NCBI GenBank assembly: GCA_964016885.1 | Contig: OZ024751.1 | Span: forward strand, 40,610,001 to 40,674,000 | Source of the DNA: Eledone cirrhosa | Taxonomy: Eukaryota | Direction of reading: 5' to 3' | Length of the DNA: 64,000 bases | Shown here: piece after piece, positions 27,105 through 43,099 of the stretch | How the letters are laid out: each line of letters begins with the position of its first letter | How positions within the stretch are numbered: position 1 is the stretch's first letter | The notes under the pieces: model-generated | What the model saw: the letters and a program-made list of their open reading frames with translations, nothing else | Database searches by the model: none | What the model was told of the DNA's origin: nothing | Made by a program: the position numbers and the translations under genes

Positions 27105-28430
27105 GGAAGCGATAAGGAAGTTGAGAATGGGAACAGTTGGCTGGGAAGTTTAATGTTGCAACATGGCGTTTGCCAGGAATACGGAAGTGCTATATGATAC
27201 AGAAAGTTATGTAGAAATAACAACTGAAACACAACCAGAAGTAAAGGAAAAAAGAAGGAAAAAGGAAAAAAGGAAAAAGGAAAAAGGAATAATAAACAAG
27301 CCTAAGTGAAATACTAAACCTACAAGTAAAAACAAACAACAACAACAACATATACATATACATAAAATAAAATGCATCGATGGTGTTTGTTGTAAGAGTT
27401 GAATAGAAATGTTTGAAGATAAACAGAGCAGAGACGTAGAAAGGTTTAGGTCTGTCCAGTGTGGCGGAAACTGTTCTGTTAAAAAAGCCTGCTGTTGTTA
27501 CGAGTTTTTCCTGGAAAAGAAGAAGAAGAAGAAGAAGAAGAAGAAGAAGAAGAAGAAGAAGAAGAAGAAGAAGAAGAAGGAGGAGGAGGAGGCAACGAAA
27601 CTGTTATTATTTTTTTTTGTTCGTTTACTGTCAATGTTTATTAAGAAAGACGAACTTTCTAGAAGAGTTAAAGGTTTAGAGGTTGTTTTGTTTTTCTTTT
27701 AACAATATATCAACTGCAAAATGGCCGCCACAAAAAATAAAAATGGTAGAAAATAGACAAAAACATAGTCGTAGTCCTAGATGAACATACAGAGATATTC
27801 AGTTATTTCACACATATATACACATGATGCACTCACCTATATATAGAGGAAAAGGTTACAAAAATGAAGTCAATTTGTTTATTGCTCACTTAAAATATCC
27901 CCCTTTTTATTTTATTTTCTCACATTATACCACATTATATATTAGCAGATTAGCAGTTAACTTTGCCTTTCATCCTTTCGGGGTCGATAAAATAAAGTAC
28001 CAGTAATGTACTACTGGATAATTGCTGGCCTTGTGCCAAAAGTAGAAACAATTTTATATTAGCAGTATCGGTAGAGGGTTTGATGTCATGCTTTGAAGCA
28101 CAGAGTTACGGCCATTTACGGTTTGAGAGTTTAAATCCCGCCGAGGTTAACTTTGCCTTTCATCCTTACGGGGTCGATAAAATAAATTACCAGTAATACA
28201 CTGGGGGAATTGCTGGCCTTGTGCCAAAAGTAAAAATAATTATATTATTAAACATACACACACTCTCTCTCACACACTCACACACACAAAGATACATACA
28301 CAGGTACACACACACACACATATGCATATATACACACAAACTCACATACTCACACAGATGCACACACACAGATGCACACACAGATACACAGATAGATACG
28401 CACAAATGCATATACACATACACATACACA

Positions 28431-28496
<66 letters not shown>

Positions 28497-28497
28497 G

Positions 28498-28554
<57 letters not shown>

Positions 28555-28691
28555 TATATAAGGAAAAAAGATGAAATCGAAAATGCAACTGGAGTTTTTT
28601 TTTTTTTAAATATATTTATTTGGTTCCTTTACTGGTTTCGCAGTTCTTGTGCTTTTCAAAAGTAGAATTGAGATGGAGGGTTTGTGGTTTT

Positions 28692-28767
<76 letters not shown>

Positions 28768-29000
28768 TTAATACAATAACAGAGATAGCTTTAAGCTAAA
28801 CTCCGACTGGTAACCATCTCACTCAACAAACATTAGGTTATACGTTAGTATAAACCCAATTTAAGTGTTTGGGGTGCTAACTATATGTATTTTGTGGAAA
28901 GCCAGTTGTATTATTTTATATGAGATATAATTAAAGTTAAAGTATATCTCTCTTTCCAAACAATTGTTTCATTATACGTTTTCTACAAGCTGGGAGAATA
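28768..29000 (-). mobile_element. Family E (TA)n-flanked insert; second copy 39951-40151
   Basis: Two similar copies. Minus strand carries GAAAC-AATT-GTT / GAAAC-GATC-GTT, a hammerhead-like 3' half with palindromic stem III. Confidence 0.55.
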
Positions 29001-29817
29001 TTTCCAGTTTATGTAGAAGCCTAACATATTTTCATGTAAGAATATATTTAGGTGGGCACTTATAAATCTTCAGTGGAAGCCCATTAAACTTTGATATAAG
29101 AAGAAATTTCTTACCGCAGTTAATTTTCGTGTCTGTTAAGTTGTCCCTTCGCGCATCATATATATATATAAATCTCATTTTTGGGGGATATAAGCCAAAT
29201 CGGCAAAAAACAGTCGCTTTAACTTATATAATATCCGCACCATGATTTCTGGAACTCAACATCGGCATTTCCAAGACATTGGAATAACCAATATTGGAAG
29301 AATTACAGTTTCTTCATCGGGAGGTGAATTCTTCTTAGAATAAGGGGACAATTTGAAAATATATCATATATATGTATATATGTATATATGTATATATGTA
29401 TATATGCATACATGTATATATATGTACACATGTATATATGTATATATGTACACATGTATATATGTATATATGTATACATGTACACATGTACACATGTATA
29501 TATGTATATATGTATATATGCATACATGTATATATGTATATATGTACACATGTATATATGTATATATGTATATATGTATATATGCATACATGTATATATG
29601 TATATATGTACACATGTATATATGTATATATATGTATATATGTACACATGTGTATATATGTATATATGTATACATGCATATATGTACACATGTATATATG
29701 TATATATGTATATATGTATATATTTGCATGCGTATCTTTTCTCTATATTCATACGTGTATCTACACTGACACATACTCACAAATCCACTCCTCCCCCACA
29801 CACACGCGCAAATGGTT

Positions 29818-29854
<37 letters not shown>

Positions 29855-29948
29855 CACACACACAGCAACTCTACTCAGCCGATATGACATTAATACAAAC
29901 ATTTCAGAACATATGCTTTCATACTTGTATTCACTGGAATATTATTTC

Positions 29949-30001
<53 letters not shown>

Positions 30002-30008
30002 TATATAT

Positions 30009-30073
<65 letters not shown>

Positions 30074-30078
30074 CATAC

Positions 30079-30139
<61 letters not shown>

Positions 30140-30190
30140 CTCATACACACACAGGCATACATATATATTAGGACATATTTAAGACATTAC

Positions 30191-30239
<49 letters not shown>

Positions 30240-30368
30240 TAGGTATATATGTTTAAGTGTATATATATATATATATATATACATCGACACATTAAAGACA
30301 TTATACCTTGATACTGACCTAAACATCCGTCTTCCGACAGGTTATTTCTCCCGTGAGATAATACAACG

Positions 30369-30458
<90 letters not shown>

Positions 30459-31974
30459 GACTCATACACTCATGCATACATACACACAAACACAGACACC
30501 CGCTCACACATACACACATATTGTTATACATACACATACACAGAGTCATATTTACACTCACACCCATTTGCGTACATTGATACACACACGCAATGACACG
30601 TAAACAAATACACCGACACACACATGAGCACACACACACACACACACACATTGACGCACACATACACACACACACATACCCCCCTCCCCAATCTAAAGGC
30701 AATGGGTTCAATATTGCTTGTTTTTTCAATCTATTTCCTTGTAATATCAGCCACTGTTGGATCTTGTATCTTTTTATTAACGGAAATGGAGTTGAAGGGA
30801 TTTCCATCACTTTCGACGATGAGTTTTCTAGTTGTGTACCCTTAACGTAATTTTCAGGGAGATTCAGTGTGACACAGTATGCGACAAAACTGGGCCTTTG
30901 GATTACAGCTACAGTCCGTATTATAGTATAACACATGGTGGATTGAGTATTCCAATTCCAATTCCACAGACACGTGTAGCCTTAATGTAGTTAGTTCTCA
31001 GGGAGATTCAGTGTGACACAGTGTGTAACGAGGTTGGTCATTTGAATCACACATACAGCTCTGGGTTTTGTCAGCTCAGTAAACTGGAACAATAAAGTGT
31101 CTTGCTCAAGGATGCCACAAATTGCTGTAAATAGAACTCATGACATTATGTATCACTGCACAAAACATTAACACATCCCCATCCCACAAGGAAAATAACA
31201 CACACAAAAAAACAACACGGAAATTGCTGTCCAAAATCTTTGGTAATTTTATTTATAGTAAAATCTTTTTCTGTTAACCTACAATTCAGTAAGTTGTTTT
31301 GGTTCACATCCAATGCTTATCGTATATTTGTGATTTTTACATGTTTCTTGCCCTCTTCATCATTGTTTAGTTCTACAGATATGTTTATTTCCCTGCCATT
31401 TCGGTATCTCAGTCAGTCTTACTCTCACAATATGGCTTCCTTCCTCAATTCTAGATTATAATCTATGACTCCGACTTATCTTTTTTTTCACAACGAACAA
31501 AACATAACACCAGAAGTCTTCACAAATGTTACCGGACGTGAACGACTGCTGAGTTTCTCAATGTCTTTAAAACTTATCTCTGTGCAAGCCAATCCTAAAC
31601 TTACTCCATCCACGTCCCGTTTTCTATCGTCTGCTCAAGCATAGAGTGATGATAGAAGTGTTTTTGTGATCGCAGAGATATAAGTATTGCGAATAAGTTT
31701 AGATAAGAAGAAGAAGCTGAGAGATACAGAGAAGGGAGAATATATTGCAGAACAAATAAAGAACTAGAACGATAAAGCTAAAAATATAAATATAACGATT
31801 GCGAATGATAAGAGAAAAGATGCTCCAATTTAAGAAGGGAAATCTTCAATTTGAAACAAAAATACAATGGCGCTTAAATGTCGGTTGAAATTGAGGAAAA
31901 AAAATAAAAGAAATGCTCTGAAGTTCTGGATGTGACATAAATATTTCGTTAAACATACGTAACATCGAACTTGT

Positions 31975-32210
31975 TGATTTTGCCGCTCGTAAAATCTGTC
32001 CAGCGATTCTTTCCTTGGACATTCTAAACAGATGTTCGCAGTATCGGAGCAGTGATCTCTCGATACGGAGAAGTAGCGGCTCTATCTGGAGTGCACTCAC
32101 TGATCTCCGAGCTACGCACCCCATCGAGTAACGTTACTCAAAAGACCCTATCAGAGAAACCCAATTTCGGCCGCTTATATTCCCTATCATATCTTTTCGG
32201 TCATTACCCA
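31975..32210 (-). mobile_element. Degenerate RTE (Rex3/Expander-like) LINE fragment
   Basis: WVMTEK...AAEIGFL and IEPLLLRIERSLLRYCEHLFRMSKERIAGQIL resemble the RTE C-terminus; stops are present. Confidence 0.75.
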
Positions 32211-32755
32211 ATCTGACCTTAGTTAATGTAGTAGAACTGAAAAGAATGTTGAAGAAAGACGTTGCCTGTAAAATCTGTCCAAGCATTCTTTCCTTAAACA
32301 CTTGGTTAAGTTCTTATTTCATATTTCCGGTTATTTTTTTTCTCTTCCTTGTCTATGTCCTAACTTATCTTAACCTATCAGAGCAGTCTTAAATAAAGTT
32401 GCTATAGACTTATTTTACATGACCAATGTCGCATGCAAAATGGCCGTCAAATGCAGCGTTCAGGTTCTCTTATCAAACTTCATCTGTAAACAAAGTTAAC
32501 GCCGCCATTTTCACGTTGAATTACTACCAATGAATGAAGAAAGTTTAGAAGAAAATAAAAAGAAAGCTTTCTACAAACGTGTATAGTGTGTACCTATGTT
32601 TCTATGTATGTCTGAGTAAGTATGTATGTGTACGTATGTATGCATATGTTGTTTATATGTGGGTGTGCTTTTTTAAATATATATACACGTATATGTGTGT
32701 ATATATATATTTATGCATATATATAAATATATATATATGCATATATATATGTATG

Positions 32756-32786
<31 letters not shown>

Positions 32787-32826
32787 ATATATATATGTAT
32801 ATGTATATATATATATGTGTGTATAT

Positions 32827-32858
<32 letters not shown>

Positions 32859-32868
32859 GTGTGTATAT

Positions 32869-32902
<34 letters not shown>

Positions 32903-32945
32903 ATGTGTGTATATATATATTTATGCATATATATAAATATATATA

Positions 32946-33152
<207 letters not shown>

Positions 33153-33496
33153 ATATATATATATATATGTGTATGAATTCTTATCATGGTTGCACACACG
33201 AGAATGCGGTGTATACATATGTGCATACACATGTCATTATTCAGAGTTTGATTAGACATGTGTATGTATGTATGTATGTATGTATGTATGTATGTATGTA
33301 TGTATGTATGTATGTATGTATGTATGTATGTATGTGTGTATGTATGTATGCATGTATGTATGTGTGTATGCGTGTATACTAGATAATCTTTGTTTTTATA
33401 GAGGCATATATAACATTTAGTGTATACCTACAATAATATGTACATTCATATCCATATGTAGACACACACTGAACCACACAGACAAGCATATATACA

Positions 33497-33527
<31 letters not shown>

Positions 33528-33827
33528 TGAACCACACACACGCACACACACACTGAACCACAAACTCACACATATACTGTATCTATTCAACTAAAATGAC
33601 CAGCTTGAAGATGAAGTTTTATTAACCTTTGATTTCCAAAACCTGGAATACCCCCCCTCTCTCCCCCCTCTCTCTCTCTATATATATATATATGTAGGTT
33701 CATACCCACAGATGACATATACATATATATATATATATATATATTCATATACACACACACATACATATGTGCTCACAAGCAAATATATATACATTCTCAC
33801 ACATATATATGCTTGTATATATATGGT

Positions 33828-33878
<51 letters not shown>

Positions 33879-35333
33879 TTACTAAATGCTCCGTTTGTTC
33901 TGTTTCACCTTACGTTGTTCCTTCCACGTAATTTTACTGGTTTCTTATCAGAGAAATCCCATTCATTCACAAACATTTTATGAATGAATGAATGAATACA
34001 ACACTGAATGACAGATGGACAACCATTCAAACAGTTGTAGTTTTATTGGCTTTCACCAAAGAGAGAGAAACAACAACAAAAACTACTGTCATGCCAACAG
34101 TTATCTGGTTGTTGTTTCACGTTTTATTTGATTTTATCTACCCCTATCTAGTCTGTATATATATGTATCTACCCCGTGTATATAGAACGCCTTGCGATAT
34201 CTCCCGAATACCTCTATATAGATATAGGTTCTCACACGCAAATTTTATCGGCATACATACTTACATACGTACATATATGTATCATACAGTCATACATTCA
34301 TACATATATACATACATATATATATATATGCATATACACTTACATAAATGCATACATACATACATATATACATGTATATATATATCATACATACGTACGT
34401 TCGTACGTATGTATGTATAAACATGATGATTGCTTCATCTTGTGAGATAATCGACGTCTCGACATCACCTCAATTGTTCCTGCAAGTCTACACCCACCTA
34501 TGTGTGTGAAACTGGGAGATTTTGTCAATCCAGCAACAAAAGGCAAGGCCAAGAACCCATCCCCCGGGCTCTGACAACACTCCAACATAGGACAAATCAC
34601 CACAGGTGCCTGGGTAACCATCACTGCTCTCGTCTATACTACATTTCCCGAGGTGACGAAAGTAAGGAAATGGTACGATTTCATTGGTGTAAATTCCGGT
34701 GACACCCCAATAGCAGCAGCGATAGACCCCGTGGCCATATAGTGCCAAGAGGCCAAAGTTCTAGTCTGCATTGGCTGAAGAGATAAAATGACAGATGAGA
34801 ATATTGCAAAAGAGACATCTGTACATGATAGATTATAATTGTTTCTAGTTTTGGCACAAGGCCAGCAATTACTCAGTACATTACTGGTACTTTATTTTAT
34901 CGACCCCGTAAGGATGAAAAGCAAAGTTTACCTCGGCGGGATTTCAACTCAGACCGTAAAGGGTACATCATAGATTATAATGACAAATGCTTGTACAGCA
35001 TGACTACTGCCACTCTCTAAATCGCAGTGAATATCATCTGATAACAACCCTAACTAAGATAACTAGTGATCATGTAAACTGCAGGTTTCATTTCAGAGTT
35101 TCCCCCTCTTAGAAGAAAACCATAACAACAGCTCGAGGGTGTTAAACCCCCATCTATTGCTGGTACTAATTTTTAGCTGAGTGTACTGGAGCAACGTGAA
35201 ATTAAGTGTTGTGCGGAAGAACACAACGCATAACCACGCCCAGGAATCGAACCCACGACATTATCATCGTTAGCCCAAAAGCCTAACCAATAGGCCACAC
35301 ACCATCTTTGCATTGCTAATTTGCTAATTATAC

Positions 35334-35398
<65 letters not shown>

Positions 35399-35402
<4 letters not shown>

Positions 35403-35625
35403 AATAAAGCAATGCAGATATCGGATAAGAAGCACTCTACAGTTTGTGGGACTGGAGTATGCATAATATAAGATCAAAAGATGGTTAAAGGAGTTCCATA
35501 TATTTTATTATTCGCATTTCAAAAACAAACATCATCAAGCAATAATATTTGTGTTTTCATCAGATAAAACAGGAGAACATGATATGAAGGCTAAAAAAAC
35601 ACTTGTTGATAGTGCAGTTTTTAAT

Positions 35626-35629
<4 letters not shown>
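35399..35629 (-). mobile_element. Family D insert with hammerhead at 35569-35503 (-)
   Basis: Homologous to 44763-45046; minus strand TTTTAT-CTGATGA...GAAA-TGCGAA-TA-ATAAAA. Confidence 0.7.
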
Positions 35630-35704
<75 letters not shown>

Positions 35705-35738
35705 ATTAGCAATTTAGCAATGCATTTGCATTGCTAAT

Positions 35739-35845
<107 letters not shown>

Positions 35846-35890
35846 ATAATTAGCAATTTAGCAATGCAAATGCATTGCTAAATTGCTAAT

Positions 35891-35951
<61 letters not shown>

Positions 35952-35985
35952 GTATGTATAATTAGCAAATTAGCAATGCAAAGAT

Positions 35986-36132
<147 letters not shown>

Positions 36133-36296
36133 ATAATAATAATATTTATACTTATATATGTTTAATATACAATTATAAATATGGATGGTAGTACTAAGTA
36201 CATTCCCTATGCTCCGATGATTCCAGACATCCCTCTGGAAGAAACAATTGTCAGCAAATAAATGTATTAAACTAATATTTGATTGTTTTCACACTT

Positions 36297-36361
<65 letters not shown>

Positions 36362-36546
36362 GTTATTCCGGGTTGAATCAGAGGTAACCACAGTAAGTAA
36401 GGTACTCAATACATTGCAGAGTATAAAAGTTTTAATATAGATGAGATTCTACAGGACTAGAACTGTTTCATTCTTTAGAAATCATCAGGAATCCTGATGA
36501 TTTCTAAAGAATGAAACAGTTCTAGTCCTGTAGAATCTCATCTATA

Positions 36547-36593
<47 letters not shown>

Positions 36594-37038
36594 GTATGTA
36601 AAAGGTAAACAGAAATAATAACACAAACGGTACAGTATATGGAAGGGATATATTAGGTTAACGCTTGATATAGCAGGAAGAGGGTTTTAACGTTTCGGAC
36701 GCTAGTCCTTCGTCATAAGAAAGAATGAGAAATAAGATAGATTGAGGGGACGGGCGGGATGGAAATTGAAAAAATGTCTTTAGATAAAAATAACAGGTCC
36801 ATTCATGCGTGTTTGTCTAAAGTTAACCAATTCAACTCTAAAGCTATGGTATAATACTTCTAATAAGATGACATTGGATGGGATCGAAGGTGGAACATCT
36901 TGGTTGCTAAACGAACGTCTTAACCACACAGCTTTGCCGGCTCCTCTCTAGATTTATGTAGAATCAGGTTTCTTTTCTGTGCATCTAACCCCCTAATATC
37001 GCCACAGATTGAAAACTGAGAAGTGTTAGGGGTACAGC

Positions 37039-37104
<66 letters not shown>

Positions 37105-37194
37105 AATATGTTTATATATATATGTGTGTGTGTGTAAATATGTAAATATACATATATATAATTACATGCACATATATGTATATATGTATGTATT

Positions 37195-37237
<43 letters not shown>

Positions 37238-37285
37238 TATATACCTACACACACATATATATATATATATACGTATATATATATG

Positions 37286-37330
<45 letters not shown>

Positions 37331-38594
37331 CTGTCTGATTTTGTCGGTTTCTTGTCCTCAGCATCTCTGTGTGGTTTCTCTCACTCCCTCTCTTTCACAT
37401 ACTGACACACACACAACACACACACATATACATACATACACACACCCTCAGACATATATATATATACTTTCCCATCCTCCCTCCCGTACATACACATACA
37501 CACACATACGTACACTCACACACATACACTCACACGCATACACTCAGACACATATATTAACATGCAAATGAAGTTTACGGTCTATTTACTTTCAACTATT
37601 TACCAAAGTCTTTGGATTCTTGTTTCAGCTGCCATCTGTCGTTTATTCTGTAAAAAACCCTGCAATGCCACCGGGGACAACTTTATGACTGCACCTCCTG
37701 CTCCTCCCCTCATCTCTTAACTCTTTCCTTACCATATTTCTAATGAAAACTTACTGCATATAATTTGCAAATAATTTTGAAAATATTTAAGAATTTGGAG
37801 ACATTCAGTAATATAACTAATTTTCTCACTTTTAAGTTGGAGTTTGGAATATAACTTAACAAAGGTTTTTAAAAAATTATGAGAGGAGGTTTTTAGATAA
37901 ACATAAATATTTTAACCTTTTCTTTACTATATTTCTACTGAAATTTTAAAAAAATTACGAAAATAATCAAGATTTTGTGATATTACTAACTTTCTCATTA
38001 TTAATTTTTTGCATATATTATGTAAAATTATGCAAAATTTTTTGTATAAATTATGATGCAAGTTTTTTTTTAGATAAATGTATATATGGTGTGGGCTCGT
38101 GTGCCGTATTGACATCTGGTATTTCTAGGGTATTTTACTATTTAGTTCTATCGAAGCCCATCTCCTTTCAAGTTTGAGAAGGACAGATAATGAGGGAATA
38201 GAATTGAGAAAGAGATATTGAGGAAGAATCGATTCCAGTACTAGACTGGTACTTTCTTTTATCGATCTCGAATGGACGAAAGGCAAAGTTGGCCTCGGCA
38301 GGATTTGAACTTAGAGAGCAGAAAGCTGAAACGAATGCAACAAAGCATTCTATCTGACGTTCTAACGTCTCTGCTCATTCGTCTCCTTTTAGATAAAATG
38401 TAAACACTTTAAAACAAACAGTTTGTATCAGAGAACCAGGGGGGGTTTATGACGGTTTGGTATCAAAACTATTAATGTTTATATATTCTTGCCATTACTG
38501 GTTTGACCTCCAGGACACGTCTACAGTTTATTAATTAGTACAGGACCCCGAATTAATAACTGGAGTCATTAGTCAAGTTACCATGATTCACGAT

Positions 38595-38691
<97 letters not shown>

Positions 38692-38768
38692 TCTTTTACT
38701 GGTTTCAGTAAAATTAGATTACAGCCATACTACAGCACAGCATTGCATTGAAGGGATTTTTGTCGAGC

Positions 38769-38901
<133 letters not shown>

Positions 38902-39092
38902 GGAACGAGTAGGACCCCGACGGCTGAGCTCAAGCCGTTTCGACGGCTAATTCTGGACTCAGAAATAGCCATCGAAACGGCTTGAGCTCAGCCGTCGGGG
39001 TCCTACTCGTTCCTATTACACACTCTACTACCCTAAGTATTGAGTACTTTGGTGCGTTATCGTCCACCTGGTTCCTTACCACATTTCCTCCG

Positions 39093-39123
<31 letters not shown>

Positions 39124-39124
<1 letters not shown>

Positions 39125-39398
39125 CTCAGAGCTGTATGGGAGCCTCCCAAAAGTCACCTCAAAAGTGACACAGAGGAGACTACTGAGGTTAGCTGGACAT
39201 GCTCACCGACATCCAGAGTTGACATTGCACTCAGTGCTACTGTGGGAGCCCCTACATGGACACACTGGAAGAGGAAGACCAAGGTTAACGTATGTTGATG
39301 CCCAAAGGACAGACACTGGTCTGTTGGAGACGCAGAACATGGCAGCGATAATGAAGGACAGAGACCGCTGGAGAGAACTCGGGAATTTTACCCGCCCT
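39124..39398 (+). mobile_element. 5'-truncated RTE-type LINE 3' end
   Basis: [31 protein letters not shown]...[21 protein letters not shown]...MKDRDRWR. Confidence 0.88.
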
Positions 39399-39478
39399 AG
39401 AATATATATAATGTTATAACATAAATTCCCGCCGTTTTTGAAAACAAACAAATTATAACAGCGACAAGAATTTATGTT

Positions 39479-39540
<62 letters not shown>

Positions 39541-39669
39541 ATAATTGTTTCTACTTTAGGCACAAGGCCAGCAATTACCCAGTGCATTACTGGTACTTTA
39601 TTTTATCGACCCCGTAAGGATGAAAGGCAAAGTCAGCCTCGGCGGGATTTGAACTCGGATATATATATA

Positions 39670-39940
39670 GTAATAATAATAATAAATTTGAAGACTAAAA
39701 TCCAAAGAGGGCTCGATAAGGATAAATATATATCAAATATATAAGAACCGTAGAGCCAATATTTATTAAAATAACAGATTAAAGTTTAAACAAAGAATCT
39801 CTGCTTTCACCCTTAACGGGATCTTCTGTTCAGTGTCCATGTAGGGGCTCCCACAGGAGCGCTGAGTGCAGAAGATCCCGTTAAGGGGGAAAGCAACGAT
39901 TCTTTGCTTAAACTTTAATCTGTTATTTTAATAAATATAT
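39670..39940 (-). mobile_element. Fold-back family F insert with a foreign 40-nt spacer; deleted copy at 55521-55620
   Basis: Arms 39759-39828 and 39869-39938 plus an unpaired tail 39670-39758. Confidence 0.7.
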
Positions 39941-40492
39941 ATATATATATTTAATACATTAACAGAGAAAGCTTCAAGCAATACTCCGACCGGCTTCCGT
40001 CTCACTCAACAAACATTAGGATATACCTTAGTATAATCCCAATTATACGTTTGGGGTGCTAACTATACGTATTTTGCGGATAACCAGTTGTATTATTCTA
40101 TATGAGACATAATTAAAATACATCTCTCTTTCCAAACGATCGTTTCATTATATATATATATATATATATTTCTCTCTTTTCAGCGGACCCTCGTAGAACC
40201 AGAGGTTATTTTCAGCGAGTTGGTACCAAAAGAGTTAAAGCTACTGCTAAGAATGGTGGACTGGTAGCTTCATCAGCGGGATAAATGTATAACTGGTATT
40301 TATTTCTTAGTGTCTCTTCCTATTATATCTACACACCGTTAGATGTATTGGTGCTAAATCTGATAGTTGGATTTTTATTGATCACTCTCGTGAAATCACT
40401 TTGTGTTTCAAAGATCATTCTTGCTAACCCCCCCCCCCCACGTATATATATATACATATATAAATAATATATATATATATGTGTGTATGTGC

Positions 40493-40528
<36 letters not shown>

Positions 40529-40545
40529 ATATATAATATAATATA

Positions 40546-40597
<52 letters not shown>

Positions 40598-40659
40598 GAT
40601 ATAACCATAGACATACAAATGAAATGCATACAAAATGTCGTCACATATACATTTATTTA

Positions 40660-40698
<39 letters not shown>

Positions 40699-41338
40699 AC
40701 ACACACGCATACCTAATGTGAATCCATGAGTACGCATGAGCAAACATGTCAGTGTTATTAATTTGTGTGTTGTGTATATAGTCCAGTAAATTTGTGGCTA
40801 GTGGGGACTTGTAGGGACTAGTGGGGACTTGTAGGGGTTAGTAGGGGTTTCTAGGGTAGAGGGGGTGGGGTCTGAATACATTTCTGTTGTTCAAACAACT
40901 GATAAGATTACAAACGATTAGATTTGTCGCAACTTTCTCCTGTTGATCGCCATGTTTTTTTCCGAGAAAATGCTCAATAAACAAGGAAATGGTTGAAGAA
41001 AAAGAAGAAGAAGGGTTTGTGGTGAAGTCGGATGTAGGTGGTGTGTCGGAGAGAAGTACAACATTTCTGAAGCGTGTTCTTTATGATGTTAATATAGCTA
41101 AGAATTAACACGAAGAGGGAAGATGTTAAAAAAAAAGGGGGGAGAGGAAAGGAAGGTGGAAATAAAAAAAAAAAAGCTGTCAAGTTTAATTTTTATATAA
41201 ATGGAAGAAAATATAACTTATTTAGGGGAACGGAGTTGAAGTGAGAAACTACGAAAATCTGTTTTACAAATTGAATTACAACTGTTTTGTGCTTAAAAAA
41301 ATTAGTTAATCAAACCATGTAGAAACAGAGAAATATTA

Positions 41339-41654
<316 letters not shown>

Positions 41655-41751
41655 AAATATGGAGAAAAATACTGCAGGTAGCGCATGGATAACATGTAAT
41701 AAAATGAGTCCCTCATCAGTGATTTGCCGACGATCATAGATATTTCATTGC

Positions 41752-41823
<72 letters not shown>

Positions 41824-41841
41824 ACTTTTCAGCCAAACCTC

Positions 41842-41887
<46 letters not shown>

Positions 41888-42048
41888 AGGAGGTTATAGT
41901 TCACTTGAAGCATTGTGTAATGAGGTATAAACGTTTGTATATGTATAATAAAGCCATCTAAGGTAAAAGACTAATTGTCAACAATATCTTTTGCATTTGC
42001 ATTCTTTATTCTATGTCCATACCTGCATTGTTTTGGCTTTATTATACA

Positions 42049-42909
42049 CTAGCAGTAAAGCCCGGCGTTGCTCGGGGTCGCTCAGTAGCTGTGTTAAAGT
42101 TACAATGTTAAGTTTCTTTCTTGGCTTAAAAACTGTAGTGTCTACTGTGCAGACTTGCATGTGGTGTTTTTGATTAATATTCCCTCAACCAACAATATGC
42201 CTTATGAAGTTAAGAAAACATAACGATAACCCGAATGTTATAACAAAAGAGGATGCTGGGGATAGAAACTGCACTGGTTATTTATTAACAAAGATCGAAA
42301 ATGTAAACACCGCAACGCAGAGAAAAACATTAGCGTAACCAAATTATCAGTTATGTCTGTCTGCACGCCTATATCACCTCTCTGCACAACTGTCTGTCTG
42401 CACGCTTATATCACCTCTCTGCACGACTGTCTGTCTGCATGCCTATATCACCTCTCTGCACGACTGTCTGTCTGCACGCCTAACGACGAAATATTTGCTT
42501 GTTTTACGTAGTCTTTAAATAGATTTGTTTTCAAGTAAAAATATTGTTTTAAAATGCTTTTAAATGGAAATGAAGCAAAACGGAAGCTTAGTGTTCGAAC
42601 TGATGAATTTTGCAGGTCAATATTTTGCTGGCTCGACAACTGTTAAAGCCAGCGTAATTTTTTACGTAAGACGCTCAATGTAAACAGAACAAAGGGAAAT
42701 AACTGATAACTTACGCTCAAAAATCGATACATTATATTCGATTTCGTCACATAGGGTGGGTCAATTTGAAATTTTTTTTTTCCGATGTCTTCGCTAGGGC
42801 TCAATATACAAGTATAGCAATTTCGGTGCAATTCCGTCAGAGATTCTAAGAGGAGATGTGTGCCAAAAATCGATAGACAGACAGACAACCACAGTTTTAT
42901 ATATATAGA
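42049..42909 (-). mobile_element. Complete non-autonomous Helitron
   Basis: Minus strand starts TC (42909) and ends CTAG (42049). GC hairpin CCCGGCGTTGCTCGGG at 42061-42076. Inserted between A and T with no TSD. Internal about 38-bp tandem repeats at 42355-42482. Confidence 0.85.
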
Positions 42910-43043
42910 TATACAAACGTTTATATATATATATATATATTATAGCTCTGGTTCATCTGAATCATTGAGCACTTGCCGCACATCTCGGAGGTTGTTTTTC
43001 GTTATTTCGTGGGCCGAAATGCGAATCTCGATAATTTATGTTT

Positions 43044-43099
<56 letters not shown>

